Assembly: GCA_039028615.1 (NCBI GenBank)
Contig: JBCCHT010000006.1
Location: 224,001 to 288,000 of the forward strand
DNA: 64,000 bases
Reading direction: 5' to 3'
From: Myxococcota bacterium
Lineage (GTDB): Bacteria > Myxococcota_A > Polyangia > Nannocystales > Nannocystaceae
Shown: positions 27,211-36,220 of the stretch, piece after piece
Numbering within the stretch: the stretch's first letter is position 1
Layout of the letters: each line of letters begins with the position of its first letter
Program-made: the position numbers and the translations under genes
The notes under the pieces: generated by a model
Told to the model about the DNA's origin: nothing
The model's input: only the letters and a program-made list of their open reading frames with translations
Databases searched by the model: none

Positions 27211-28026
27211 ATGAGTCGCCCTCGCGGTCGTCGTCTGCTCGAGCGGGTTCGGCGCAATCGTGTCGGCTCCGGCGGGAGCAACAACCAGCGGGGCCCTTCG
27301 CCCGGCACTGGTTTCGGTCTCGAAGATGAAGGGCCTCCGCCCGAGTCCGTGCCGGCTGGCGTCGGGTGGGATCACACCGCCCGCACCGCCGACGCCTCGT
27401 CGCCCAGCGCGGGCATGAGCAGCGACGAACTCCGCTCCGCGTTGCTCAGCTTGCTCGCCGATCCACGCACGAGCTCCGTCACCGCGTCGGTGGCCGCCAA
27501 GACCCTCGGGCTCCCGGCCACCGACATCGAGAACACCCTCGACACCATGGTGCAGGCCGGCGAGCTCCAGCGAGCGGGCGGCGTGCCCAAGCGCTACCAG
27601 CTGCCCGCCGAGCAAAAGGCTCGCCTCGAGAACCTCTTCGTCGAGAGCGCGCGCGAGCTGGGTGAGCACGGGGTGTTGATGCAGGCGTCGCCCGACGACG
27701 CCCTCGCCACCCTCGACGACGAAGCCGAAGAGCCGCGCCTGCCCGTCACCGCGGGCTTGCTCAGCATGTTCTTGCCGGGCACGGGGCAGCTGCTCAACGG
27801 CGACGTGGGCCGAGCCTCGCTCGTGTTCGCGGTGTGGAGCCTGGCCTGGATCACCCAGCTGTCGCCCGTCTGGACCTTCGTGTGTCTGTACGCGGGCGCC
27901 GAGGCGTTCTTCACCGCGAAGATCCGCAGCATGGAGCGCAAGCTCGCCAAAGAGACCGCGCTCGGAAGCGGTGGGGCACCGCCGCCCTCCCCTCCTCAGC
28001 TGCCGCCCAAGCCGTCGACGCCCTGA
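27211..28026 (+). CDS. Membrane protein with a cytoplasmic winged-helix and C-terminal 'S..LPG.GQ..NG' TM module
   Basis: LLSLLA...VTASVAAKTLGLP..DIENTL..MV.AG.L...GG.PKRY wHTH; AGLLSMFLPGTGQLLNG plus hydrophobic helices. Confidence 0.65.
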   Translation: MSRPRGRRLLERVRRNRVGSGGSNNQRGPSPGTGFGLEDEGPPPESVPAGVGWDHTARTADASSPSAGMSSDELRSALLSLLADPRTSSVTASVAAKTLGLPATDIENTLDTMVQAGELQRAGGVPKRYQLPAEQKARLENLFVESARELGEHGVLMQASPDDALATLDDEAEEPRLPVTAGLLSMFLPGTGQLLNGDVGRASLVFAVWSLAWITQLSPVWTFVCLYAGAEAFFTAKIRSMERKLAKETALGSGGAPPPSPPQLPPKPSTP

Positions 28027-28124
28027 TCCCGCTCACTGCTGGAGCGAACGCTTCGGCGCGAAGTCCCGCGAGGCGTTCGGAGTGCGATGCCGTTCAACCC
28101 GTGCTTCCATCGGACTGGGGTGAG

Positions 28125-28799
28125 ATGAAGCTTCGAGACATCGTCCCGTGGGGCCGGTCGCAGACCGAGTACCGCAGCATGTTCAACCTCTCGGATGCGG
28201 ACCTCGGCGGCACGCTGCTCGGCTGCGGTGATGGTCCGGCGTCCTTCAACGCAGAGATCACCGCGTCGGGCGGCCGCGTGGTGTCCGTCGATCCGATCTA
28301 TCGCTTCGATGCGACGCAGCTGCGGGGGCGGATCGAAGCGGCGTACGAGGAGGTCATGCCCCAGGTCATCGCTCGGCCCGACGAGTACTCGTGGAAGAGC
28401 ATCCGTGACCCGGACGAGCTCGGGCGCGTGCGCATGAGAGCGATGGAGACCTTCCTCGGGGACTATGAACGAGGCAAGGCCCAGGAGCGCTACATCGAAG
28501 GCGCCCTGCCCGAGCTGCCCTTCGCCGATGAGCGCTTCGATCTCGCGCTGTGCTCTCACTTCCTGTTTCTGTACAGCGAACGCGTCTCGCTCGAGCAGCA
28601 CCTCGCGTCGGTGCGAGAGCTGTGTCGAGTCGCCAAGGAAGCACGCATCTACCCGCTGCTCACGCTCGCGGGCGAGCCTTCTCCGCACGTGGATCCGCTG
28701 CGCGGCATCCTGAACGACACGGGCATCGATACGCGCCTCGTCACCGTGGAGTACGAGTTCCAGAAGGGCGCGACCCAAATGCTGGTCGCCCGCGCGTAG
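28125..28799 (+). CDS. Class I SAM-dependent methyltransferase-like protein
   Basis: WGRS..EY..MF.L, LGCGDGPASFN, VSVDPIY, LPF.D..FDLALCSHFLFLY. Confidence 0.88.
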   Translation: MKLRDIVPWGRSQTEYRSMFNLSDADLGGTLLGCGDGPASFNAEITASGGRVVSVDPIYRFDATQLRGRIEAAYEEVMPQVIARPDEYSWKSIRDPDELGRVRMRAMETFLGDYERGKAQERYIEGALPELPFADERFDLALCSHFLFLYSERVSLEQHLASVRELCRVAKEARIYPLLTLAGEPSPHVDPLRGILNDTGIDTRLVTVEYEFQKGATQMLVARA

Positions 28800-28935
28800 C
28801 CACTACGGGAAGCAACCGGAGGTGTCGAAGGCGCACGACCCGTCGCACGCCAACGCCCCGCCCGAAAATCCACCGTGGGTAGGAAGTTGCTGACTCTCAA
28901 CCAACGCTCATGCGTCGAGCACCGCGAATCCGTGG

Positions 28936-29140
28936 GACTTTTTCTCGACGATTCGACATCGAGAAAAGTCGGCTCGGCGATGTAATGCCCGAGCCGATCA
29001 CGGAAAGGGCAAGTCGTAGAGACGCTATCCGCTGGCCACGATGACCGAGCTTCGGTTCGCCACCCATAGAGTGGACGCGAAGCTTCGGGTTCGACCTCGG
29101 ACCTCGGTCGCTCGACGACGAGCCGCGGCCGCACGGATGC
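28936..29140 (+). promoter_or_regulatory. Structured leader; possible divergent GEMM-I (cyclic dinucleotide) riboswitch
   Basis: Two inverted repeats (28936-28970, 28969-28997), then GAAAGGGCAA ... GGACGCGAAGCTTCGGG ... GACGAGCCGCGGCCGC resembling GEMM-I blocks, with an atypically long P2. Confidence 0.35.
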
Positions 29141-29168
29141 GTCGCACCGAGCAAAGGAACGACGAGCC

Positions 29169-29810
29169 ATGAAGAAACTACTGTCTGTTTCGTGTCTGAT
29201 GACCATCCTCTTGCCGCTGACGATGGCGAGCGGATGCGATTTCGAGTTCCCGCATCCCGATCTCCCTGGCGGGGACACGGGAGAACGAGGCGGTGACGAA
29301 GCTGGCGAGGGCGGCGACCTCGAAGCATGTGATGCGGTGTTCGAGGCCTGCCTGGACGAAGGCGCCGACGAAGAAGCGTGTGTCGAGGTTCTCGAGGCCT
29401 GCTGGGACGAGGGCGGTGCCGAAGCCAACGGCGGTGGCGAGGAGCCCCCGATCGACGCGTGCGCGGGGGAGTTCGAGCTGTGCCTGGAAGAGGGTCACCC
29501 GATCGAGCTGTGCGAGGAGATCCTCGACGCATGCGACCCCGACGGCGAAGGCGAGTGCGAGGACCCCGACGGTGACGGCGAGGGCGAGCCCGACGGCGAG
29601 GACCCGGGAGGCGAGGAACCGGACGGGGAGGAGCCCGATGGCGAGGGCGAGCCCGATGGCGAAGACCCGGGAGGCGAGGAACCGGGCGGTGAGGAGCCCG
29701 ATGGCGGACCCGCAAGCGAGCACTGCGTAGAGGAACTCGTCGCCTGTCTCGAGGCGGGCGAGCCCGCGTGGGTCTGCGAAGAGCTGCTCGAGGCCTGCGA
29801 ACCGATGTAG
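29169..29810 (+). CDS. Highly acidic lipoprotein with three C-X6-C-X9-C-X6-C repeats
   Basis: AAGGA SD; lipobox ASGC; repeats CDAVFEAC..CVEVLEAC, CAGEFELC..CEEILDAC, CVEELVAC..CEELLEAC. Confidence 0.85.
   Translation: MKKLLSVSCLMTILLPLTMASGCDFEFPHPDLPGGDTGERGGDEAGEGGDLEACDAVFEACLDEGADEEACVEVLEACWDEGGAEANGGGEEPPIDACAGEFELCLEEGHPIELCEEILDACDPDGEGECEDPDGDGEGEPDGEDPGGEEPDGEEPDGEGEPDGEDPGGEEPGGEEPDGGPASEHCVEELVACLEAGEPAWVCEELLEACEPM
29574..29705 (+). repeat. 63-bp tandem duplication encoding about (DGEGEPDGEDPGGEEPDGEEP)x2
   Basis: Units start at 29574 and 29637 with few substitutions. Confidence 0.85.
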
Positions 29811-29923
29811 TCCGAGAGCGAGACGGTCTGGGGCGCGGCTCCTTCGGGAGTCGCGCCCCATTTTCCACGGCGCCCAGGCCCACTCGCGCAGGCCAGCGGC
29901 GACCCGGAAGGCGAGCGCGTCGC

Positions 29924-32317
29924 TCAGACCTTCGAGGGGGTCGTCAGCGGCAGGAAGGGCACGCGTTCCTCCGCATCGCCTTCGCCGTATAGCCACCGAT
30001 ACGCGAGCCAGCGCCCGAGCACGGACTGCGTGTACTTGCGCGTCTCGTCGTAGGGAATCGACTCGATGAACAGGTCGAGATCCCACTTGCCCCGCTCGCC
30101 CAGCCAGCGATCGACCGAGCCCGCCCCCGCGTTGTAGCTGGGGATCGCCAGGGCCACCGCCCCGTTGCCGCCGCCGTAGCGCGCGGTGAGGCGGCCGAGG
30201 TAGCGCATGCCGAGATCGAGGTTGAGCGCGGGATCGAAGAGCACCCGCTCATTGTCGATGGAGACCCCCGCCGACTTGGCCAGGCCGCGCGCGGTGGCGG
30301 GCATCAGCTGCACCAAGCCCCGCGCCCCTGCGAACGAGGTCACGCCCGGATCGAAGCGACTCTCGGTCTGCATGATCGCGAAGGTGAGCAGCGAGGGCAC
30401 CTCGTGGGTCGTCTCGCCGACGCCGATGATCTCGGTGAAGGGCTGCGGATAGGCCCCACGCCAGCGATCGAGGTTGCCGGCCCCGGGTGCGTCGGCACGC
30501 CAGCGCGCGCCGAGATTGGCGATCTCCCGCTGAGCGGCGGGATACAGCCCCGCCTGGTTGAGCACCGCCACCGCGGGCCACCCCTTGACCTCGGCGTGCC
30601 GAAGCTCGGCGCGGGCCTCGGTGCCCAGCCCCAAGCGCGCGAGCACGTCGGCGCGATGCAGCGCGTCGTCGCCCGCCGCCGCAGGTGCGGACGGCTCTGC
30701 GGGTGCACCCCGCAGGCGGTCGAGTCCCTGGGTGAGCAGCTCGGGCCCGCGCTCGCGAAGCCGCGACAGGGCCTGCAGCGAGGGGTAGTCGAGCGGAGCC
30801 GCCTCCACCGCTTCGAGCCAGGCCTGCTCGGCGTCCTCGGGGCGCCCGAGGTGATCGAGCGCCCGCCCACGGAAGTACAGCAGCTTGGCGCGCTCGGCCG
30901 GGTGCGCGATCGAACCTTTGAGCGCGGCATCGATCAGCGCGAGCGCCTGCTTGTGCTTGCCCCCGGCGAAGTGCATCACGAGCAGCCGGCGTCGGGCCTC
31001 GTGGCGCTTGTCGCCGGGGTGCTTTTCGATGGCGCGCACATACGCCTTGGCCGCGCGCGCTTCGTTGCCGTGGGACTCCCACGACTCGCCCGCGAGCACC
31101 AGCGCATCATCGGCATAGCTGTGCTCGCCGTGATCGGAGGCCAAGGCCTCGAAGCGCTCACCCGCCTTGGAGTACTGACCCGCGGCATACCACCCGCGCG
31201 CGCCCTGGTATCGCGACTTGACGCGTAGGGTCTCGAACTTCTTGCCCGCGGCCTTGCAGTCGCGATCGGCCCGGTCGAAGGCATCCCGTGCTTCGGCGCG
31301 CTTGCGTTGCTTGAAGATCGACGACCCCTTCACGTACCAGAGCCGACAACGCTGGGCCGCGCTGAGCTTGGACTTGGACTTCACGCCGTCGACGGCCTTG
31401 ACCGCCGAGGCATAGCGATGGCGATCGAGCAGGGCCTCGGCCCGCAATACCGACAGCTCTCGCCTGTGGCTGGCCGCCGCCCCGCCCTTGCGCAAGGGCC
31501 CGAGCTCCCGCTCCAGCTTGGGGATCGTCTTCTTGGCTTCTTGGCCGTAGTCGCTCAGCGGCACCGCGGTGCGCAGACCATCGTAGAGGGTCAGCCCTTC
31601 GCGACGGCGCTCGTCGTCGTCGTCCTCGACCAGCATGCGCGCGAGCTTGGCCCGCACCTCGAAGCGTCGGTCTCCCTTTTTGTGGTCGGCGAGGTACTGG
31701 CGATAGGCCTTCTCCGCCCCGTCGGGATCCTTGGTGCGACGATGCGCGTCACCTTCGATGACCAGCAGATCGCCGCCGACGGCGGAGGCCGTCCACACCT
31801 TGCGGTCGAGGCCTTCGAGCAAGCTCCGTGCGACCTCCGGCTGGCCAGCGTCGAGCCGTGCTTGGGCCTCCCAGCGAACCAACCAGACCGCCACCGACTC
31901 GAGCCCGGGCGCCTTGCGAGCCGCCGCGAACCGATCGGCCGCCTCGGCGTCTTGCCCCTGCTTTTGATGCTCGAGGGCGCGAAGGAGCTCGGCCGCGCCG
32001 CGGTCGTCGGCGCTCAGGCTCTCGTCGGCGAGCAGGCGATCCAAGGCCTCGCGGGCGGCGTCGTGGTCCCGTCGCTCCCGCGCCACGATGGCGCTGCGGC
32101 CGGGCCCGCTGGCAAACCAGAGTTCACGATCACCGCCGTCGTTGTCGGCGTCGCTCGGCGCCTCGGCTTCCAGCTCGGGCTCGGCGGCGGTATCCGGCGA
32201 CTGCGGCGGCGTATCGGCCGGGAGCTGCGCCGCCGGGAGATTGCCATCGTTTCGACAACCGGGCGCCGCAAGCACTCCGAGCAGCACCAGGGCGAGTCGG
32301 GCGCGCGGGCTCACCAT
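29924..32317 (-). CDS. Lipoprotein lytic transglycosylase, Slt-type with TPR superhelix
   Basis: Lipobox APGC; TPRs; AIMQTESRF, GARGLVQLMP, SYNAG, ESIPYDETRKY. Confidence 0.92.
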   Translation of the reverse strand: MVSPRARLALVLLGVLAAPGCRNDGNLPAAQLPADTPPQSPDTAAEPELEAEAPSDADNDGGDRELWFASGPGRSAIVARERRDHDAAREALDRLLADESLSADDRGAAELLRALEHQKQGQDAEAADRFAAARKAPGLESVAVWLVRWEAQARLDAGQPEVARSLLEGLDRKVWTASAVGGDLLVIEGDAHRRTKDPDGAEKAYRQYLADHKKGDRRFEVRAKLARMLVEDDDDERRREGLTLYDGLRTAVPLSDYGQEAKKTIPKLERELGPLRKGGAAASHRRELSVLRAEALLDRHRYASAVKAVDGVKSKSKLSAAQRCRLWYVKGSSIFKQRKRAEARDAFDRADRDCKAAGKKFETLRVKSRYQGARGWYAAGQYSKAGERFEALASDHGEHSYADDALVLAGESWESHGNEARAAKAYVRAIEKHPGDKRHEARRRLLVMHFAGGKHKQALALIDAALKGSIAHPAERAKLLYFRGRALDHLGRPEDAEQAWLEAVEAAPLDYPSLQALSRLRERGPELLTQGLDRLRGAPAEPSAPAAAGDDALHRADVLARLGLGTEARAELRHAEVKGWPAVAVLNQAGLYPAAQREIANLGARWRADAPGAGNLDRWRGAYPQPFTEIIGVGETTHEVPSLLTFAIMQTESRFDPGVTSFAGARGLVQLMPATARGLAKSAGVSIDNERVLFDPALNLDLGMRYLGRLTARYGGGNGAVALAIPSYNAGAGSVDRWLGERGKWDLDLFIESIPYDETRKYTQSVLGRWLAYRWLYGEGDAEERVPFLPLTTPSKV

Positions 32318-32330
32318 GACCTCCTCGGCG

Positions 32331-33245
32331 TCAGACCAGGCGAGTGGGTTCGTTTTCGGGGTCGTAGATCTCGACCCGGTTCTTCCCGCTGCGCTTGGCG
32401 AGATACAACGCCGCGTCGGCCGCTTCGACCAACGCCTCGGCCTTGGGCTCGACCAACATCCCCAGGTCGGCCACACCGACGGAAACCGTCACTTGGAGGG
32501 TCGTGCCTTCGATGTCGAAGGGCTTGCCGCCCACCGTGTCTTTGATCCGATAGGCCGCTCGCGCCGCCCGAATCGCGTCGACGTCCCGACATATCAGCGC
32601 GAACTCCTCGCCCCCGTAGCGCGCGAAGATGTCCTCGCTGCGGGTCGTGCCGAGCACGCGGTGCGCCAGCGACGACAGCACCTGGTCTCCCGCGGGGTGC
32701 CCGTTTTCGTCGTTGATCTTCTTGAAGTTGTCGATGTCGAAGATGACCAGCGACAGCGGCTTGCCGTGCCGCAGCGCGAAGGCGACGTCGCTCTCGAGGC
32801 GGTTGGAGAAGTAGCCGCGGTTGAAAATGCCCGTGAGGCGGTCGCGCAGCGCCGACTCGTAGAGGTTCCGCTGGAAGTCCTCGTCGATGTCGTCGTGATA
32901 CGTGAACTTGAGCACGCTCGACGCACCGATCTGGATCTTGTCGCCCTCCTGGAGCTTGTAGCGATCGACCTTGTTGCCGTTGGCGAAGGTCCCGTTGGTG
33001 GACCCCGCGTCGCTGAGCAAGTAGTCGTCATCCTCTTTTTCGACGACGGCATGGGTACGAGATATTCCCTCGTCGTTGATTCTGACGTCGGTCTGCAGCC
33101 CGCGACCGATGGTCGTGCGGTCGTTCTTCAGGGGGAACATCTCCCCCATTCGATCGCCAGACAGCACCACCACGAAGGCCCGCTTCTTGCCGCCACGAAT
33201 TCGCTCCACGGCATCGGGCTCCAGGCGAATCGTCGACTTCGACAT
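32331..33245 (-). CDS. FHA-GGDEF diguanylate cyclase
   Basis: FHA: IGR...ISRTHA...STNGT; GGDEF: DRLTGIFNR, DIDNFKKIND..GH.AGD, RSED I-site, RYGGEEF. Confidence 0.96.
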   Translation of the reverse strand: MSKSTIRLEPDAVERIRGGKKRAFVVVLSGDRMGEMFPLKNDRTTIGRGLQTDVRINDEGISRTHAVVEKEDDDYLLSDAGSTNGTFANGNKVDRYKLQEGDKIQIGASSVLKFTYHDDIDEDFQRNLYESALRDRLTGIFNRGYFSNRLESDVAFALRHGKPLSLVIFDIDNFKKINDENGHPAGDQVLSSLAHRVLGTTRSEDIFARYGGEEFALICRDVDAIRAARAAYRIKDTVGGKPFDIEGTTLQVTVSVGVADLGMLVEPKAEALVEAADAALYLAKRSGKNRVEIYDPENEPTRLV

Positions 33246-33416
33246 ATCCGGGGCAGGATGCTATCAGGCCTTCGTTTGGGTCGCTACGGGCGCCGCCACC
33301 CGGGTCTCGGGCGCGCCGTCGGTGGACCGGGGTCGTGGCGAGCCGCCCGCCCCCCTTCGGGCCGTAGCAGTGGCCAGGACGGCCAAACACGGCGTATAGT
33401 CGGCATCGGCCGACCC

Positions 33417-34355
33417 GTGAAGTCCTCTCTCCGAGATCATCACCACCGTGGCCTCCCCCCCGTTGCAGGGGCAGGCCACACCGGGATAGCTCGCGGCCTC
33501 GCGGTCGCGCTGACCCTTGCTCTCGTTCAGATCCCGCTATCGGCTCGAGCCCAGGGCGCGGACGAAGCGCAACCCGCGGACGATGCCTCGTCGGCAGGTT
33601 CTGCCGAGGAGCCGGAGCGAGACGCCAAGCTCGATCAAGCGATGCGGGCCTACAACCGAGGCAAGCAAAACTACAACCTGGCGCAGTACGAGGCCGCGCT
33701 GGCCGACTTCCAGGAAGCGGCGAGCCTCTACGCCTCGCCCGACTTCCAGTACAACATCGGGCTCTGCTACGAGAAGCTCGAGAAGTACGAGGAAGCCATC
33801 TTGGCCTTCGTCACCTATCTCAAGACCAAGCCCGGGGCCGAGGATCGACCCAACGTCGAAAACCGCATCCGTGAGCTTCGCGAAGAGATCGAAAAGCAGA
33901 AGCAAGAAGAGGCCGACGCCAAGGCTCGCGCCGAGCAGGACGCGAAGAACCGCAACCAGCCGGTCCAGCCCACTCCGCCGGTCGACGAAGGCCCGGAGAA
34001 CCCGGGGCGGGGTCTGGTGATCGCGGGCGCGGCCCTCATCGCCGCGGGCGGAGCGGTGGCGCTGGGCGGTGGCGTGGGCTTCGGCGTGCTCGCCAGCCAG
34101 CGCAACAACAGCCTCAACGACGTGCAGACCGGCGGCAACCCGGACATGCTCACTTTCAGCGAAGCCCAGACTCTGGAGTCCGAAGGCCAGCGCTTCGAGA
34201 CCATCCAGATCGGCATGGCGGCCGGCGGCGCCGTGGTGGCGGTGACCGGCACCGTCCTCCTCGCGCTCGGCCTCCGCAAGCGCAAAGCAGCCGTAGAGCC
34301 GAGCGCCTGGCTCAGCCCTTCGATGGCCGGCCTGTCCTTCCGCGGCAGGTTTTGA
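33417..34355 (+). CDS. Secreted TPR protein with Gly-rich hairpin and C-terminal GRF
   Basis: Signal peptide (ARA-Q); AY.RG...Y....YE.AL..F.EA......P..QYNIG.CYEKL; ends LSFRGRF. Start uncertain. Confidence 0.78.
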   Translation: MKSSLRDHHHRGLPPVAGAGHTGIARGLAVALTLALVQIPLSARAQGADEAQPADDASSAGSAEEPERDAKLDQAMRAYNRGKQNYNLAQYEAALADFQEAASLYASPDFQYNIGLCYEKLEKYEEAILAFVTYLKTKPGAEDRPNVENRIRELREEIEKQKQEEADAKARAEQDAKNRNQPVQPTPPVDEGPENPGRGLVIAGAALIAAGGAVALGGGVGFGVLASQRNNSLNDVQTGGNPDMLTFSEAQTLESEGQRFETIQIGMAAGGAVVAVTGTVLLALGLRKRKAAVEPSAWLSPSMAGLSFRGRF

Positions 34356-34367
34356 CGGAAGACCGCG

Positions 34368-35342
34368 ATGAACAGATCCATCGGGACCGCAGCCAGCACC
34401 GCGCTGGCATCCCTATTCCTCACGGGTTGTTTCACGACCGAGCTCGACCCCGACCTCGGGGGCGTGTTCGCCTGCACCGTGACCGAGGGCGAGGATGACT
34501 GCCCCGCGGGCCTCAGCTGCGTCAACGAGCGCTGCGAGGCCATCGAGGACCTGCCCTCCCTGGCCATCCCCAACCCCGAAGACGAAGAGCCGCTGTCCAC
34601 TCCGGCCGTCGACTTCGTCGACAACGGCGGGGAGACCATCGACATCACGATGACGGTGCAAGGCCAGCTCAACCTGGTCGACTCGTCCTCGGGTGCCGAC
34701 CACGTCTTCGGCGAAGGGCACATCGTCGTGTTCGTCGACGGCGTCGAGAATCAGATCATCGACTCGGGGGGCGTCAGCGCACCGCAGGCGATCACCGTGC
34801 AGGTCGACTCGACCCCCGGTCCGCATCGGCTCTCGGTTCAGGCCCGGCGCAACGACGGGATCGACTACGACAACGAGGGCTCGCTCGCGACTCGGCTCTT
34901 TTGGCTGGAGAGCGACTCGAGCGTGAGCCCGCGCCCCTTCGTCGCGATCAAGACCCCGTGGCCCGGCACGACCTATGGCCTCGACGCCACCGCGACCGAG
35001 GTGACCATCGCCACCCTGAACTTCGACCAGGTGGTCCCGGGCGACACCGCGATCGAAGGCAGCGGGCACTCGCACATCTACTACGAGGACGAGTTCCCGG
35101 CCTGCGTGGACGATGCGCTCTGCGACGGCGGGTACATCACGGTGTTCCCCGCCTTCGACGACATCACCGTGGCCTCCGAGGGCCTGCTACCCAGCTCGTC
35201 CGAAGGCACGGCCACGCTGACCGCCGTGCTGCGCAACATCAACCACGGGCTCTACGCCATCCCCTTCGGGTGCGAGCGCGGCGTGGACGACGACTGCGAG
35301 CCCGTGCTCGAGACGATCACGCTCAACCGCGTCGCCCAGTAG
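34368..35342 (+). CDS. Lipoprotein with a small Cys-rich domain and two DUF4399/DUF6130-like beta-sandwich repeats
   Basis: Lipobox LTGC; GHIVVFVDG...PGPHRLSVQ and GHSHIYY...LTAVLRN.NH. Confidence 0.7.
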   Translation: MNRSIGTAASTALASLFLTGCFTTELDPDLGGVFACTVTEGEDDCPAGLSCVNERCEAIEDLPSLAIPNPEDEEPLSTPAVDFVDNGGETIDITMTVQGQLNLVDSSSGADHVFGEGHIVVFVDGVENQIIDSGGVSAPQAITVQVDSTPGPHRLSVQARRNDGIDYDNEGSLATRLFWLESDSSVSPRPFVAIKTPWPGTTYGLDATATEVTIATLNFDQVVPGDTAIEGSGHSHIYYEDEFPACVDDALCDGGYITVFPAFDDITVASEGLLPSSSEGTATLTAVLRNINHGLYAIPFGCERGVDDDCEPVLETITLNRVAQ

Positions 35343-35367
35343 GCGACGCGGCCGCAGCGGCTGCGGG

Positions 35368-36219
35368 TCAGTCCTCGATCTCGCCGGCCATCGCCCGCTT
35401 GGCTCGGTCCCCGACCCAGTGCGCGATGCCGCGGAGAGGATCGGCGGCGGGGCCCAGGTCGGCCACCAGCTCGCCACACTCGGCGACCAGCTCCTCGACG
35501 CGCGCGAGCGCCTTTTGGCGGAGCGCGGGCTGGTCGTCGTCGAGCACGTCGTCGGCGTGCTGGAACGCGATGCCGAACGCCAGGCCGAAGCGGCGCAGCT
35601 TGGCCACGAGGTCGTCGTCGGCTCCGGCCAGCAGCGCCCCCATGGCTCCGCCCGCCTGGTACAGACCGCCGGTCTTGAGCGCATGGAGCTGCTCGAGCCG
35701 CTCGAGGTCGCGAATGTCCTGGCCGTCCTCGAGGTCGATGCCCTGACCGCCGACCATGCCCTTGACGCCCGAGCGCAGCGCGAGTTCGAGCGCCGCTTCG
35801 AGCGGTCGGCCGGGGCCTCCCTTGGCGCCTTCGAAGGCGCTGAAGGCCATGGTCAGCAGCGCGTCGCCCACCAAGATCGCCGCCGGCTGGCCGAAGGCGA
35901 CGTGCACGGTCGGCTTGCCGCGACGCTCGGTGTCGTCGTCCATCGCGGGCAGATCGTCGTGCACCAGCGAGTAGGCGTGCACCAGCTCGACCCCGCAGGC
36001 CGCGGGCATGGCTGCCTCCGCGGTCCCGCCCGCCGCCTCGCAGGCGGCGATGGTCAGCAAGGGACGCATCCGCTTGCCGCCGCCGAGCACCGCGTAGCGC
36101 ATGGCCTCGTGCAGGCGCAGCGGATCGTCCCCCTCGGGCATCGCCAGCAGAGCGTCCAGCGCTCCGTCGACCTTGGCCCGACGATCATCGAAGTACCCCA
36201 TCAATTCAGCTTCGTTCAT
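35368..36219 (-). CDS. ispA: Polyprenyl (farnesyl/geranylgeranyl) diphosphate synthase
   Basis: GGKRMRP, HAYSLVHDDLPAMDDD..RRGKPT, GGQ..D, KTG, FQ..DD.LD. Confidence 0.93.
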   Translation of the reverse strand: MNEAELMGYFDDRRAKVDGALDALLAMPEGDDPLRLHEAMRYAVLGGGKRMRPLLTIAACEAAGGTAEAAMPAACGVELVHAYSLVHDDLPAMDDDTERRGKPTVHVAFGQPAAILVGDALLTMAFSAFEGAKGGPGRPLEAALELALRSGVKGMVGGQGIDLEDGQDIRDLERLEQLHALKTGGLYQAGGAMGALLAGADDDLVAKLRRFGLAFGIAFQHADDVLDDDQPALRQKALARVEELVAECGELVADLGPAADPLRGIAHWVGDRAKRAMAGEIED

Positions 36220-36220
36220 C

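Noticed and set aside
27420..27610. Z-DNA-binding (Z-alpha) domain call
   Set aside because: The overall wHTH pattern is similar, but the Asn/Tyr of helix 3 and the wing Trp needed for Z-DNA binding are not present (IENTLD, PKRY).
32331..32900. Hypr-type GGDEF (cGAMP synthase)
   Set aside because: The specificity position in GHPAGD is Asp, not Ser/Thr, so a normal c-di-GMP cyclase is predicted.
32088..33416. 5' extension of ORF 32088-34355, and similar antisense ORFs such as 19364-21805, 22139-24109 and 51335-53482
   Set aside because: Antisense shadows of real genes, with no independent motifs.
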